From Acidimicrobiia bacterium (lineage in GTDB: Bacteria > Actinomycetota > Acidimicrobiia > Spongiisociales > ZC4RG35): DNA of 64,000 bases. This document shows, piece after piece, positions 9,485 through 19,567 of this stretch. The stretch spans positions 2,528,001 through 2,592,000 of the forward strand of contig OZ244034.1 in assembly GCA_965215185.1 (NCBI GenBank), written 5' to 3'. The notes under the pieces were generated by a model. That model searched no databases. It was not told where the DNA came from and saw nothing but the letters and a program-made list of their open reading frames with translations. A program made the translations under genes and the position numbers. Each line of letters opens with the position of its first letter. Position 1 is the first letter of the stretch.

Positions 9485-10312
9485 ATGGAATTATTTGAAG
9501 TAGAAGTACGCGCCCGAACGGTAGAGCTGGCCGAGCAGGCCGCTCTAGAAGAATTGGGGCTAAAGGACCGTAATCGAGTGGAGTGGGAGATCTTGCAAGA
9601 GCCGGCCCGCGGTTTTCTGGGGGTAGGCCGCCAGGTCGCCATTGTGCGGGCCAAGCGCAAGCCGGCCAAGACTCGTCGTGACCGGGGCAGGGGAAGCCGC
9701 GGCAGCAAGGCAAAGGGCGAGCGCGGTTCCTCGGGCCGGTCCAATAAACAAAAAGAGGAGCGAGGGGCTGCCGGGAGAGAAACCGGAGGCCGGCCGGCGA
9801 AGAAGGGGCCGGTGGGCCGGTCCAAGCCCTCCCAGCGCTCCAGAAAACCCACAGCGCCCCTGGATGACCAGGCAGCCGCGGCCAACGACTTCCTGACCGG
9901 TCTCCTGGAGGCGGTGGACATTGATGGTGAGGTCACCGCTCGGTTCGAGGAAGATCTGATTCTGGCGGAGATTGCAGGAGAGGAGACCGAAGCCCTGGTA
10001 GGGCCGCGGGGAAGTGGCATTGAGGCGCTGCATACGATCGCCAAGTCGGTCATCAACCGCAAAACATCCGGAGGAGCCCGGCTTCGGCTGGATATCGCCG
10101 GATACGGGAGCCAGCGTCGTGAGGCGCTGACCATATATGCTGCAGGTCTCGTGGAACAGGTAACCGCAGAGGGTGGTGAGCTCATGTTGGAACCCATGAA
10201 CGCGGCTGACCGCAAGGTCATTCACGATGCGGTTTCACAACACGAGAATGCACGATCTTTCTCCGAAGGTGAAGCGCCACAGCGTTATGTAGTGATATGT
10301 TACGTGGAGTAA
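9485..10312 (+). CDS. jag: Jag/KhpB (EloR) RNA-binding protein (Jag_N, KH, R3H)
   Basis: Jag_N GFLGVG, KH LVGPRG and R3H RKVIHDAV..SEGEAP motifs. Confidence 0.9.
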   Translation: MELFEVEVRARTVELAEQAALEELGLKDRNRVEWEILQEPARGFLGVGRQVAIVRAKRKPAKTRRDRGRGSRGSKAKGERGSSGRSNKQKEERGAAGRETGGRPAKKGPVGRSKPSQRSRKPTAPLDDQAAAANDFLTGLLEAVDIDGEVTARFEEDLILAEIAGEETEALVGPRGSGIEALHTIAKSVINRKTSGGARLRLDIAGYGSQRREALTIYAAGLVEQVTAEGGELMLEPMNAADRKVIHDAVSQHENARSFSEGEAPQRYVVICYVE

Positions 10313-10369
10313 TCTAGCTGATCAACAATTAGACTTCCACGGGGCCGTGTAGCGGCCGGTGGGGTGGCC

Positions 10370-11221
10370 TTAGGGGGCGGTTAGCTTCGAGAACACCCGC
10401 TGCAGGTCGTCAATGGAGTTGAATGCCACCTTGAGGCTGCCTTTTTGGTCTCGGTAGTTGATTGACACGGGAAGGCCGAGTTGGTCGGAAAGCCGAATCT
10501 CCAGTTCGATGATCGGCGTCGGCCGGTCGCTTTTAGAAGTCCTCGAAACCCGCCGGCGGGGCGCTCGGGCCTGGGCTGCTTCCTCAACCTGGCGCACCGT
10601 CCAACCTTCCGCCACGGCCCTCTTAGCTATGTGGGTGGCATATTTGGGATCGGAGATCGACAGGAGGGCCCGGCCATGGCCTGCTGTGAGTTGAGCGGTC
10701 TCCAACAGCTCCAGAATGGATGGCGGAAGGCGAAGCAACCTGATGCTGTTTGCTACCGTAGCACGACCTTTGCCGACCCGATGGGCTACTTCCTGCTGGG
10801 TCATTCCATGTTGATCAATGAGGGTCCTGTAAGCCGAGGCCTCCTCCAGTGGTGTCAAGTCTTCGCGTTGTAGATTCTCGACCAGCGCCTGGATGAGGGA
10901 TCCGGTCTCATCGGCCTGGCGTATCAAGGCGGGGATGTTCTGCAGGCCAGCCAGTTGAGCGGCCCGCCAACGGCGTTCTCCGGAGATGAGCGTGTACCGG
11001 CCTTCCGATTCTTGTACCACTACGGGTTGGAGCAGGCCCACTTCGATGATGGAACGGGCCAAACCTCGCAATGTCTCTTCGTTGAAGCGGGATCGAGGCT
11101 GGGATGGGTTGGGCCGAATCTTGTTGACGGCAAGTTCCCGGTAAGGCCCCGCGGTCGAAGGGTCTGCGGTGGGGATCAAAGTGCTCAGCCCCCGGCCCAC
11201 TCCCCCGCGCCTGGTGGTCAT
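10370..11221 (-). CDS. parB: Chromosome partitioning protein ParB
   Basis: GVGRGLSTLI, QPR..F, GERRWRA and ENLQREDL motifs plus HTH. Confidence 0.96.
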   Translation of the reverse strand: MTTRRGGVGRGLSTLIPTADPSTAGPYRELAVNKIRPNPSQPRSRFNEETLRGLARSIIEVGLLQPVVVQESEGRYTLISGERRWRAAQLAGLQNIPALIRQADETGSLIQALVENLQREDLTPLEEASAYRTLIDQHGMTQQEVAHRVGKGRATVANSIRLLRLPPSILELLETAQLTAGHGRALLSISDPKYATHIAKRAVAEGWTVRQVEEAAQARAPRRRVSRTSKSDRPTPIIELEIRLSDQLGLPVSINYRDQKGSLKVAFNSIDDLQRVFSKLTAP

Positions 11222-12009
11222 AAGTGGTGTTCCCTTCTCGATTGGAGGCGGTCCTGCAGTTCTTCGGCCAGTCTCCGATAGGCGATGGCGCCGCGGTTCA
11301 TGTGATCGAAGATGTCGATGGGCTCTCCGTAGGACGACGCTTCGGCCAGACGAACTCTTCGGGGGATGTAGCTGCGGAACACGGCGCTGCCAAAGTGTTC
11401 CTTGACCTGAGCAGAGACTTCTCTGGAGAGCCGTGTGCGATTGTCCAACATTGTTAGCAGGACTCCCAGCAACTCCAGAGTGGGATTGAGGGCGGATCGG
11501 ACCAATTCGATGGTCCGATGCAGCTCCACCAATCCATCCAGAGCGTATTGCTCGCACTGCATGGGGATCAGCACGTAGCGAGCGGCGGTGAGGGCGTTGA
11601 CGGTCAGGAGTCCCAGCGAGGGGGGACAGTCGATCAGAATGTAGGAATACTGCTCTGCCAATGGTCGCAAGGAGTTGCGCAGCACCTGCTCTCGAGCCAT
11701 AAGGGGAACGAGCTCAATGGTTGCGTCGGCGAGGTATCGGGTGGACGGCAACAAATAGAGATTTCTCACCGCGGTTGGCTCTATTGCGTCCTCGGCGGCC
11801 GCGCCTTTGAGGAGGACATCGTAGGCCGAGAGGCTTATTTGTTCGTCAGTCAAGCCCAATCCGGAGGTGGCGTTGGCTTGAGGATCCAGATCCACCACCA
11901 ATACCGACTCCTCCATGGCGGCCAACGCTGCTCCCAGATTGACAGAGGTGGTGGTTTTGCCGACCCCGCCCTTTTGGTTGGTGACGGCGATTAGAGCGGA
12001 GGACGTCAT
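11218..12009 (-). CDS. parA: Chromosome partitioning ATPase ParA/Soj
   Basis: NQKGGVGKTT, DLDPQAN and DCPPSLG motifs; RBS GAAAGGAGC before the ATG at 12009. Confidence 0.96.
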   Translation of the reverse strand: MTSSALIAVTNQKGGVGKTTTSVNLGAALAAMEESVLVVDLDPQANATSGLGLTDEQISLSAYDVLLKGAAAEDAIEPTAVRNLYLLPSTRYLADATIELVPLMAREQVLRNSLRPLAEQYSYILIDCPPSLGLLTVNALTAARYVLIPMQCEQYALDGLVELHRTIELVRSALNPTLELLGVLLTMLDNRTRLSREVSAQVKEHFGSAVFRSYIPRRVRLAEASSYGEPIDIFDHMNRGAIAYRRLAEELQDRLQSRREHHL

Positions 12010-12651
12010 GCTCCTTTCATAATAAGTAGCCATACCGGCTTTCCTATGACCTTTTCGGGAAATTCGTCGACTCGGTAGCCCACCACATTGGGCCGGGAGC
12101 GATGTGAACCACCTATTGCGGCCACCCCGGAAGGGAGGAGCAGCCGAGAAAGGGGCCTTCTGAGCTTCAGGGGGGAACTCACCGCTCGGGACACAATGAA
12201 GTCTGCGGGAGCCCTCCACTCGTGCAGTTGCTCGGTGGCGACCGTGACGTTATCCAACCCCAGCAGAAGAATCGCTCGCCGGGCCAAATCGGCGCGGCAC
12301 ACCGACCTTTCCAGCAAAACAACCTCGGTGGTGGGCCAAACTATGGCCAAGGGCACTCCTGGCAAACCCCCTCCGGCCCCAACATCCAAGACACGACGGG
12401 GGGCTGCGAGGGGGAATTCCAAGCGGAGGCAAAGAGAAGGGAGTCGGCAAGATGGCGGGAATGCACCACCGGCCCCTCTGATGGCCCCAGTCCTCCCGAT
12501 GGTATGTCTTCGGCGGTGAGCCAAACGGCAAGGCGCTCGAGCTGATGCAGCTGATAGGCAGTGAGAGGAAGCCCCGCCCATGCGCAGTGAGAGGAAGCCC
12601 CGCCCATGCCGGGGCCCGTTTCACAACCGAAATCCCGGAAGCGGAATTCAT
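12006..12651 (-). pseudogene. rsmG: 16S rRNA m7G527 methyltransferase RsmG/GidB, two frameshifts
   Basis: Protein is spread over three frames: MNSASG..WAGLPL, then ..RHLADSL.., then VLDVGAGGGLPGVPLAI..SRA. Breaks are at a 26-bp duplication and a 6-G run (12398-12403). Confidence 0.8.
12558..12609. repeat. Perfect 26-bp tandem duplication
   Basis: GCAGTGAGAGGAAGCCCCGCCCATGC at 12558-12583 and 12584-12609. Confidence 0.95.
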
Positions 12652-12660
12652 GTTGTGTGA

Positions 12661-12676
12661 TGTTTCACGTGAAACA
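12661..12676. promoter_or_regulatory. parS site 1
   Basis: Perfect palindrome TGTTTCACGTGAAACA (consensus parS). Confidence 0.95.
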
Positions 12677-12740
12677 TGACGCGGGTTGTTTCAGCAAGTC
12701 GGTCAAGGGAACCAGCCCGGGGAGGGAGCCGCTATTTAGG

Positions 12741-12756
12741 TGTTTCACGTGAAACA
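12741..12756. promoter_or_regulatory. parS site 2
   Basis: Perfect palindrome TGTTTCACGTGAAACA, 80 bp from site 1. Confidence 0.95.
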
Positions 12757-12918
12757 TTGGTGGTCGCCAGGATCGGTCCTGGGGTTTAGCGCTTTTCCTA
12801 AAGTTGGCGCAACTCACCGTGGAAAAGCCTAAAGGGGCTGGTCGGGACCCTAAAAGGGGGCGAATCACATCGATGTAGTTTTCACCCCGGTTGGTCATTG
12901 GCCTCGCAGCTCAGGCTT

Positions 12919-13881
12919 CTAGGGTACCGGGGTCTTGAAAAACTGGTGCAGGCCAACTACGGCCGCTTCTCCGGTGGGGGCTCCCAAATCAGGTACGGCC
13001 ACCACCACCGCCGGTGACCGGGTTTCTTTGAGGATGGCAGTAGCTTGGCCCTCCATCTGCAGCGACATGGCCTCGGCGAGACAACAGGCGAGCAGCTTTC
13101 CGGCCACGCTGTGGCTGCGGGGAGAGGCAAAGTAGCTGACCGTCCCCGGCCGGTGCTCCGACATTTGAAAAGAGATGATCAGGTCAGCTCCCATGCGGTT
13201 GGCGCGCCGCGCCCTGACCCGCTCGGGAAAGATGCTGTCGACTCCTCGGGACAGAATGGGGGTCCCACCCTGCTGCTGGAGGGCTATGGCGGCGGCCGTA
13301 GCGGCCTCCCAACTGACTGAAGCTTCTTCTTGGGTACGACAAGCCGGATCAAAATAGACGCGAGCGCCCACCAAGGTGGCAGGACGGGAGCGGAGCCATT
13401 CCCGTTCCCGCAGGGTCACACGGCCCGCCCGCATCGCTCCTCGAACTAGAAGGCGTAATTCGGTTATTACCTCCGGGCCTGAGAGACCGTCGATAGCCAA
13501 ACCCCGATTGAGTTGGAAATCCCGCAGGCCCCGCTCGGTTTGAGGGCCGAAGATCCCATCCGGCTTGCCGGTTTCGAAGCCCAGCGCGTCCAAGCGGCTT
13601 TGGAGTTCTGCTACGTCATCTCCCCGGAGCATGGGTCGCCGTAAAAAGAGAAGGCGGTCTCCCAGCCGGTAGCCGGCTTCATAGAGGGCGCGCCAGCAGT
13701 CTTGCCCCAACACGCCATTGATGGGCAGGCCTCTGTCGGCTTGGAAAGCAGTAACCGCCGCCAAGGTTGCCTCTCCGAATTCTCCCGGAGGGTCGCGGTC
13801 GCAGTTATGACCGAGCGCGGAGAGACGTTCCTGGATCTCTCGCACACCCTCTCCAGAACTGCCTAACTGAAAGCGGCGCAT
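12919..13881 (-). CDS. CwlM-like protein: two peptidoglycan-binding domains plus degenerate Amidase_3 domain
   Basis: Two PG_binding_1 repeats (LG..G..V..LQ..L..LG), GYRLGDRLLFL linker, RARRAN..GADL.IS; downstream of trxA as in other actinobacteria. Confidence 0.85.
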   Translation of the reverse strand: MRRFQLGSSGEGVREIQERLSALGHNCDRDPPGEFGEATLAAVTAFQADRGLPINGVLGQDCWRALYEAGYRLGDRLLFLRRPMLRGDDVAELQSRLDALGFETGKPDGIFGPQTERGLRDFQLNRGLAIDGLSGPEVITELRLLVRGAMRAGRVTLREREWLRSRPATLVGARVYFDPACRTQEEASVSWEAATAAAIALQQQGGTPILSRGVDSIFPERVRARRANRMGADLIISFQMSEHRPGTVSYFASPRSHSVAGKLLACCLAEAMSLQMEGQATAILKETRSPAVVVAVPDLGAPTGEAAVVGLHQFFKTPVP

Positions 13882-13973
13882 CTAATACCCTGGGTGGTTG
13901 CGGAAGGGTTCCCTTCTTCCGATCAGGATAGAGCAAGCCCCAAAGGGCGCCCGGCAACCTCGGATAACCGGGG

Positions 13974-14297
13974 TCAGAGATGCTCTTTGATGTTTTTGTA
14001 TAGCCAGGCTTTGGGCCGCGCTCCGACGATTCGCTGCACTTCTTGGCCGTTCTTGAACAGGATCATGGTGGGAATGCTCATCACCCCGTAGCTGGCAGGC
14101 GATTGAGGATTGTCGTCGATGTTCAATTTGGCGACAGTCAGCTTGTCGGGAAGCTCAGTGGCCAGCGCCTCGAGGTGAGGAGCCACCAGTCGGCAGGGCC
14201 CGCACCACTCGGCCCAGAAGTCGACCAACACCGGGCGGTCGCCCGAAATGATGTCTTGGAAATTCTGGTCCGTGATATTGAGCAGGTTATTCGCCAT
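13974..14297 (-). CDS. trxA: Thioredoxin
   Basis: DFWAEWCGPC and SIPT motifs. Confidence 0.97.
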   Translation of the reverse strand: MANNLLNITDQNFQDIISGDRPVLVDFWAEWCGPCRLVAPHLEALATELPDKLTVAKLNIDDNPQSPASYGVMSIPTMILFKNGQEVQRIVGARPKAWLYKNIKEHL

Positions 14298-14326
14298 CGG
14301 TTTGGTCCTTTCTCGACCGGGCTGAG

Positions 14327-15262
14327 CTACAGCCCCAGGGTGTTTTGAAGATAATGGTCGGCGTCCAATGCCGCCTGACAGCCGGTACCCGCCGCCGTAA
14401 CGGCCTGGCGATAGACCGAATCGGCCACATCCCCGGCGGCGAAAACCCCCGGAACGGAAGTGGCGGTACCACCCGCCTTCCCCAAGGAAATGTAGCCGCG
14501 CTCATCCAATTCTACCCATCCCGAGAAGAGTTCGGTGTTCGGCCGATGACCTATGGCCACAAACACCCCGTCAACTGGTCGCTGTCGGGATTGGTTGGTT
14601 ACCGTGTCCAACAGGGTGACTCCGTCTACGTGTTGATCCCCATGTATCTCCTGAACGACAGTATTCCACGCCACGTTGATCTTGGGGCTCTCCATGGCGC
14701 GGCGGGTCATTATTGCCGAAGCGCGGAAATCGTCTCTGCGGTGGGCAATTGTCACCGAAGATGCAAATTTAGTGAGAAACAGGGACTCTTCCATTGCCGA
14801 GTCCCCTCCTCCCACCACCAACAACTCCTTGTCCTTGAAGAAAAAGCCGTCACAGGTGGCGCAGGCCGACACCCCACGGCCGGTGAGCCGCTCTTCGCCA
14901 GGGATGCCGAGCCACTTGGCGCTGGCGCCGGTGGCAATTATGACGGTGTGGCCAAGATGCGTCGCCCCATTGGCGGTGACCTGTAGAGGGGCAGTGGCAA
15001 AATCGACCGAGGTGGCGTCCTCGGTGATTAGTTGAGCACCGAAGCGTTCAGCCTGGGCGCGAAACTTATCCATGATTTCGGGACCCATGACTCCTTCAGG
15101 GAAGCCTGGATAATTTTCCACGTCGGTAGTGATCATCAACTGCCCTCCCGGCGCGCTGCCCTCCAACACCACCGGCGCCAGTTCGGCGCGGGCGGCGTAC
15201 AGCGCGGCGGTATAGCCGGCCGGGCCTCCCCCGATTATCAAAACCTTGTGCACGTCGGTCAT
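14327..15262 (-). CDS. trxB: Thioredoxin-disulfide reductase
   Basis: [27 protein letters not shown] and AAGDV motifs. Confidence 0.97.
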   Translation of the reverse strand: MTDVHKVLIIGGGPAGYTAALYAARAELAPVVLEGSAPGGQLMITTDVENYPGFPEGVMGPEIMDKFRAQAERFGAQLITEDATSVDFATAPLQVTANGATHLGHTVIIATGASAKWLGIPGEERLTGRGVSACATCDGFFFKDKELLVVGGGDSAMEESLFLTKFASSVTIAHRRDDFRASAIMTRRAMESPKINVAWNTVVQEIHGDQHVDGVTLLDTVTNQSRQRPVDGVFVAIGHRPNTELFSGWVELDERGYISLGKAGGTATSVPGVFAAGDVADSVYRQAVTAAGTGCQAALDADHYLQNTLGL

Positions 15263-15556
15263 TCAACCACCTCGCATGTGTTTGGAACCCCTCTTCCATA
15301 CAAACAATCCACCCGCCAAAAATAGTCCCCCCAAGGTCGCCAACGACCCGGCGGATCCCAAACCCAGCGACAGGGCACGATGGGCGGCGATCATCACAAA
15401 GACCAGGCTGACCAGGGTAAGAACCATCAATACCGACACGAACAGGACCGCACGAATCCAGCCCTCCAGCCGGTCGGCAGTCTTGGCCCTTACCCGAGCG
15501 GCGGCCGACTCCAAGGCGTCGGCGAATCGAGCAGGCAAATCATCCAATGGCACCAA
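15263..15556 (-). CDS. Small two-helix membrane protein, hypothetical
   Basis: Two hydrophobic segments; abuts the trxB start on the same strand. Confidence 0.6.
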   Translation of the reverse strand: MVPLDDLPARFADALESAAARVRAKTADRLEGWIRAVLFVSVLMVLTLVSLVFVMIAAHRALSLGLGSAGSLATLGGLFLAGGLFVWKRGSKHMRGG

Positions 15557-15654
15557 GACAAAAGGCTAGCGCGGCTGGGACCTGGGCCGGCAGGGTGGTG
15601 CGCTGCACTCCGCAGCACTATGTCACCAGTTGTTAACTAAGCTTAGACATGGTG

Positions 15655-17010
15655 TTATCCCCAAAAGCGGGCTTCTGCGATGGAGGTCGAGTAGTTTTCC
15701 GGGCCAACGTAGGGCAACTCGGTAAACCAGATGAGCCAGGTCCCATCTGGTCGGGGGGGCAGGGTGAGGAAGAAAGCCCCCGAAGTTGTGCGTCCGGTAG
15801 CTACCGGGCTCCACTCGCGGAGAGAGGTATTCGGCGTTTCCGCCCAAGACAGGGTGTATACGGTTCCCGGAGTAATTCCCAGCAACTCAAGGCGGCGAGC
15901 TCCAGGAGGGGGAGTCATAACCAGTCCGACCCCTGCCTTAATCCGAGACAGGGGGTCGTAGTAGCGCTCGGTTCGCCAAGTGGTCTCGCGGTCAGCGTCG
16001 ACCAGACGTTCCAAGCGGTGGTCCATTTCTCCGCCTCCTCCGTAAGGATCGAAAGTGGATACTTCGGGAGCCCCCAGCAACTGCAGCGGCGGGGTGGCAA
16101 GGACCGGCGCGGCGGCGGGAGTGGTGGCAGTGGGAGCAGTGCTGGGCGAAGAGAGGCTGAGGGTGGAGGTGGTCTGCGGTCGGGTGGTCCGCGGGGTGGT
16201 GGCGGCGATGGTGGGAGGTGAGGGGGAGGCCGACCCCGCTGACAACAGAGTTCCCATGCCGACCAGCCCCAGAGCGGTGCATATCAAGCCGGTCGCCATC
16301 CACAGCGCGACGCGGGGAACGCGAGGCACATTGGTGGAGGACGGAGAGGGCGCCGGCGCCGAAGCGAGCAGCGCCGCCAACTCGGACGCGGCCAGGTCTC
16401 CGGTGGCGGACGCGGCCAGGATCCGGTCGATGGCGGGGCTGATACCGTCCACCAATTCCGAGATAGGCAGACCCCGGGCGGGTCTGCCTATCACCCATCG
16501 CTCCAAAGTGTCTACCAACTGCACCACATCGGTTGCGAATGTGCCCTCCTTGACGGGTGGTCCCACCCCTCCCAACTTGGCCGGGTGGTCGAGGGAGTAA
16601 TAGATAGCGTTGGTGCTTATTCGGCCGTGTACCACGCCGATGTCATGCAGGGCGGAAAGCGCTCCAGCGAGGCCGGCTGCATTGGACTGGAACTCGGCTG
16701 GGTCCATCTTGGCGCCTGCCGCCAACCGGTGGGAGAGGGCTGTACCCCCCGTCCATTCGTATGCGGCGAACACCCCGCCGGGGACAGGGGCGGCATCGAA
16801 AACCGAGAGCAGGTGGTGATGGGAAGCGGCGGTGGATCGCCGAACGGCTTCCAGATACTCCTCCCGTACCGCAGGAGCAGTTTCCGGACCCAGCACCCGA
16901 AGCTGCACTGGCCGAGCAAGGACCGTGTCCGTGGCCAGCCACTCTTCGACTCCTTCATTTCTGCCCAGACGAACTTCAAGGCGATAGCGGTCGGGAAGAG
17001 GGGGCGGCAT
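15655..17010 (-). CDS. Membrane Ser/Thr pseudokinase with extracellular discoidin-like domain
   Basis: DRYRL..RLG..W.ATD.VL.RPV kinase N-lobe, one TM, P/T-rich linker, FDPYG..E..DAD.ETTWRTE.Y..K.GVGL C-domain. Confidence 0.75.
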   Translation of the reverse strand: MPPPLPDRYRLEVRLGRNEGVEEWLATDTVLARPVQLRVLGPETAPAVREEYLEAVRRSTAASHHHLLSVFDAAPVPGGVFAAYEWTGGTALSHRLAAGAKMDPAEFQSNAAGLAGALSALHDIGVVHGRISTNAIYYSLDHPAKLGGVGPPVKEGTFATDVVQLVDTLERWVIGRPARGLPISELVDGISPAIDRILAASATGDLAASELAALLASAPAPSPSSTNVPRVPRVALWMATGLICTALGLVGMGTLLSAGSASPSPPTIAATTPRTTRPQTTSTLSLSSPSTAPTATTPAAAPVLATPPLQLLGAPEVSTFDPYGGGGEMDHRLERLVDADRETTWRTERYYDPLSRIKAGVGLVMTPPPGARRLELLGITPGTVYTLSWAETPNTSLREWSPVATGRTTSGAFFLTLPPRPDGTWLIWFTELPYVGPENYSTSIAEARFWG

Positions 17011-17085
17011 GGGCTTCGATACCCAAGAATATCCCCTCATGGATTCTCAGGGAGGCGCTTTCACGCCAAACTATTGAAAGCGACC

Positions 17086-18096
17086 ATGAAAATACTGTAT
17101 TTGACCCATCCTGCCTTCTACCGACACGAGACCGGGCGCCATCACCCCGAACGCCCTGCCCGGCTGCGCGCCGTGCAGCGGGGGGTTGACGCCTCGGGTC
17201 TGACCATAGAGACGGTGGAGGCGCCGCCAGCGGACAACGATCTGCTGGGGCTGGCGCATACCTCCGCATACATCTCCTATGTACGGGATTTCATTGCGGC
17301 GGGGGGAGGGCGCTTCGATCCGGACACAGCCGCTGGCCCGGAGTCATGGGAGGCGGCTTGCCGGGCGGCGGGTGCAGGCCCCCGGGCAGCGCGGCTTCTG
17401 GAGGGAGAACCGGACGCCGTGGCCCTCTTGGCGGTTAGGCCCCCCGGCCATCACGCGTTGGCTGATCGGGCCATGGGGTTTTGCATCTTCAACAATGCGG
17501 CCATAACCGCCCGCTACCTGCAGGCCCGGGGAGAAAGGGTGGCGATTGTCGACTGGGATGTGCATCACGGCAACGGAACGGATGCCGAGTTCCAACGCGA
17601 TCAGGAGGTGTTCTATATCAGCGCCCACCAATGGCCCTACTACCCGGGAACGGGAGCTCTTGATGAAGTGGGGTCGGGCCCGGGGAGGGGATATACCATC
17701 AATGCCGCTTGGCCGGCTGGAACCGGGGGTGACGTATACCGAAGGCTCTTCACAGAGATGGTGATTCCCCGCCTGCGAAGGTTCGCTCCCCACTGGGTAC
17801 TGGTGAGTTGCGGATTCGATGCCCATCATCTGGATCCCTTGGCTGGCCTGCAACTCACTGAAGGCGACTACCACTTTATGGCCGCGCAGCTATTGGAGGT
17901 CGTGCCACCAAACCGGATCTTGGTCTTCCTGGAGGGAGGCTACAACCTGGACGCCATCGCCGAATCCACCCGAGCGATGTTGCTGGGGCTGGCCGGCCGA
18001 CCCTATGACAGCCCAACTCCGCCCTTTGCTTCATCGCCCCACGCTCACCGCATTCTCGATGCGTTGGCGGGTATTCAGGACCGGGCGGCTGGGTGA
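17086..18096 (+). CDS. Histone deacetylase-family (Zn-dependent) deacylase
   Basis: HPERPARL, RPPGHHA, GFCIFNN, DWDVHHGNGT, GFDAH and LEGGY motifs. Confidence 0.93.
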   Translation: MKILYLTHPAFYRHETGRHHPERPARLRAVQRGVDASGLTIETVEAPPADNDLLGLAHTSAYISYVRDFIAAGGGRFDPDTAAGPESWEAACRAAGAGPRAARLLEGEPDAVALLAVRPPGHHALADRAMGFCIFNNAAITARYLQARGERVAIVDWDVHHGNGTDAEFQRDQEVFYISAHQWPYYPGTGALDEVGSGPGRGYTINAAWPAGTGGDVYRRLFTEMVIPRLRRFAPHWVLVSCGFDAHHLDPLAGLQLTEGDYHFMAAQLLEVVPPNRILVFLEGGYNLDAIAESTRAMLLGLAGRPYDSPTPPFASSPHAHRILDALAGIQDRAAG

Positions 18097-18148
18097 GAAG
18101 CAACAAACGTCGCTCCAATAGGCGCGCGCGCCGACCAACATTGAGCCA

Positions 18149-19567
18149 GTGATACCTGAAAGACTCACCTGGGTGTTGGATGCCGAGCAGATCCCTGGTC
18201 GGCTGGGTCGCCGCTTTGCTCGCTCCGGCTATCTCCTCTATCTGGTAGGCGGCACGGTACGCGATGCCTTTATGGGGCGGGTCGATTCCCAGGCGGGAGG
18301 AGAATTCGACCTGGCCACCGATGCGCGGCCGGCGGCGATCAAGGCCATCCTGCACGGTTGGGCGGACCAGGTCTACACGATCGGGGAGACTTACGGCACC
18401 GTGGCCGGAGTCAAGGCAGGGCAGACCTTCGAGATAACCACCTTTCGAAAGGACGTATATCGCAGTGACAGCCGTCATCCAGAGGTGTCTTTTTCGGACA
18501 CCATTGAAGAGGACCTCAAGCGGAGGGATTTCACAGTCAACGCGTTGGCTATCAAAGTGCCCGACGCCCAAATGGTGGATCCGTTCGGAGGGCTGGCCGA
18601 TCTAGCCCGCCGGGTGTTGAGAACTCCCTCCGCACCGGCCAAGACCTTCGAGGACGACCCCTTGCGGATGCTCCGCCTGTTCCGGTTTTGGGCGTCGCTG
18701 GAGTTCCATCCCACCTCGACAACTCTGGCGGCGGTGACCGAGATGGCAGATCGCCTTCGGATAGTGTCCGCCGAGCGGATAAGGGACGAAGTGAGCAAAT
18801 TGATCACCGCTCCCCGGCCTGCCGCCGCCCTCCTGGGCATGGCCAAATCGGGACTGGCCGACCACTTCTTGCCCGAGCTTTCGTCCTTGCGGATGGAGCA
18901 GGATCCCCGACATCGCCACAAGGACGTGTTGGCCCACAGCCTGGCGGTGGTGGAGAAGGCCTCGCCCCGACTGAGGTTGCGGTTGGCCTGCCTGCTTCAT
19001 GACATAGGCAAACCGGACACTCGTCGCTTCGGGCCCAAGGGGGTCAGTTTCCACCACCACGAAATGGTGGGAGCGCGCCTCGCCCGGCATCGCCTGGAGG
19101 AGCTTCGCTACCCACGGGCGGTGATAGCAGACGTGTCCCGCCTGGTCGAGTTGCACCTACGCCCTCACACCCTCAAGATGGGGTGGACTGATTCGGCCGT
19201 CCGGCGCTATGTGCGGGATGCCGGTTCCCTCCTGGAGGACCTCAACGAGTTGGTTCGCTGTGATGTCACAACAGTCAACCAGCATCGGGCCGTCGCCATT
19301 CAGAAGCGGATCGACCGGTTGGAGCAGCGAATTGTCGAACTCAAGAAACAAGAGAATCTCGACCGACTCCGGGCGCCGGTCAACGGTCACGAGGTCATGT
19401 CATATCTGGGGATTCCTCCCGGTCCACCAGTGGGCGAGATAATGGCAATCCTCCTGGAGCGACGAATAGAAGAGGGTCCCTATTCCCAGCGAGAGGCCCT
19501 GCAGGCCGCTCGCGAGTGGGCGATAGGAAAGGACTGGGAGGATCCCGGTCCTCCTCCGCCAGTATGA
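18149..19567 (+). CDS. CCA tRNA nucleotidyltransferase with HD domain
   Basis: LVGGTVRD, DLAT, RRDFTVNA, DDPLRMLR and LLHDIGKP motifs. Confidence 0.92.
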   Translation: MIPERLTWVLDAEQIPGRLGRRFARSGYLLYLVGGTVRDAFMGRVDSQAGGEFDLATDARPAAIKAILHGWADQVYTIGETYGTVAGVKAGQTFEITTFRKDVYRSDSRHPEVSFSDTIEEDLKRRDFTVNALAIKVPDAQMVDPFGGLADLARRVLRTPSAPAKTFEDDPLRMLRLFRFWASLEFHPTSTTLAAVTEMADRLRIVSAERIRDEVSKLITAPRPAAALLGMAKSGLADHFLPELSSLRMEQDPRHRHKDVLAHSLAVVEKASPRLRLRLACLLHDIGKPDTRRFGPKGVSFHHHEMVGARLARHRLEELRYPRAVIADVSRLVELHLRPHTLKMGWTDSAVRRYVRDAGSLLEDLNELVRCDVTTVNQHRAVAIQKRIDRLEQRIVELKKQENLDRLRAPVNGHEVMSYLGIPPGPPVGEIMAILLERRIEEGPYSQREALQAAREWAIGKDWEDPGPPPPV

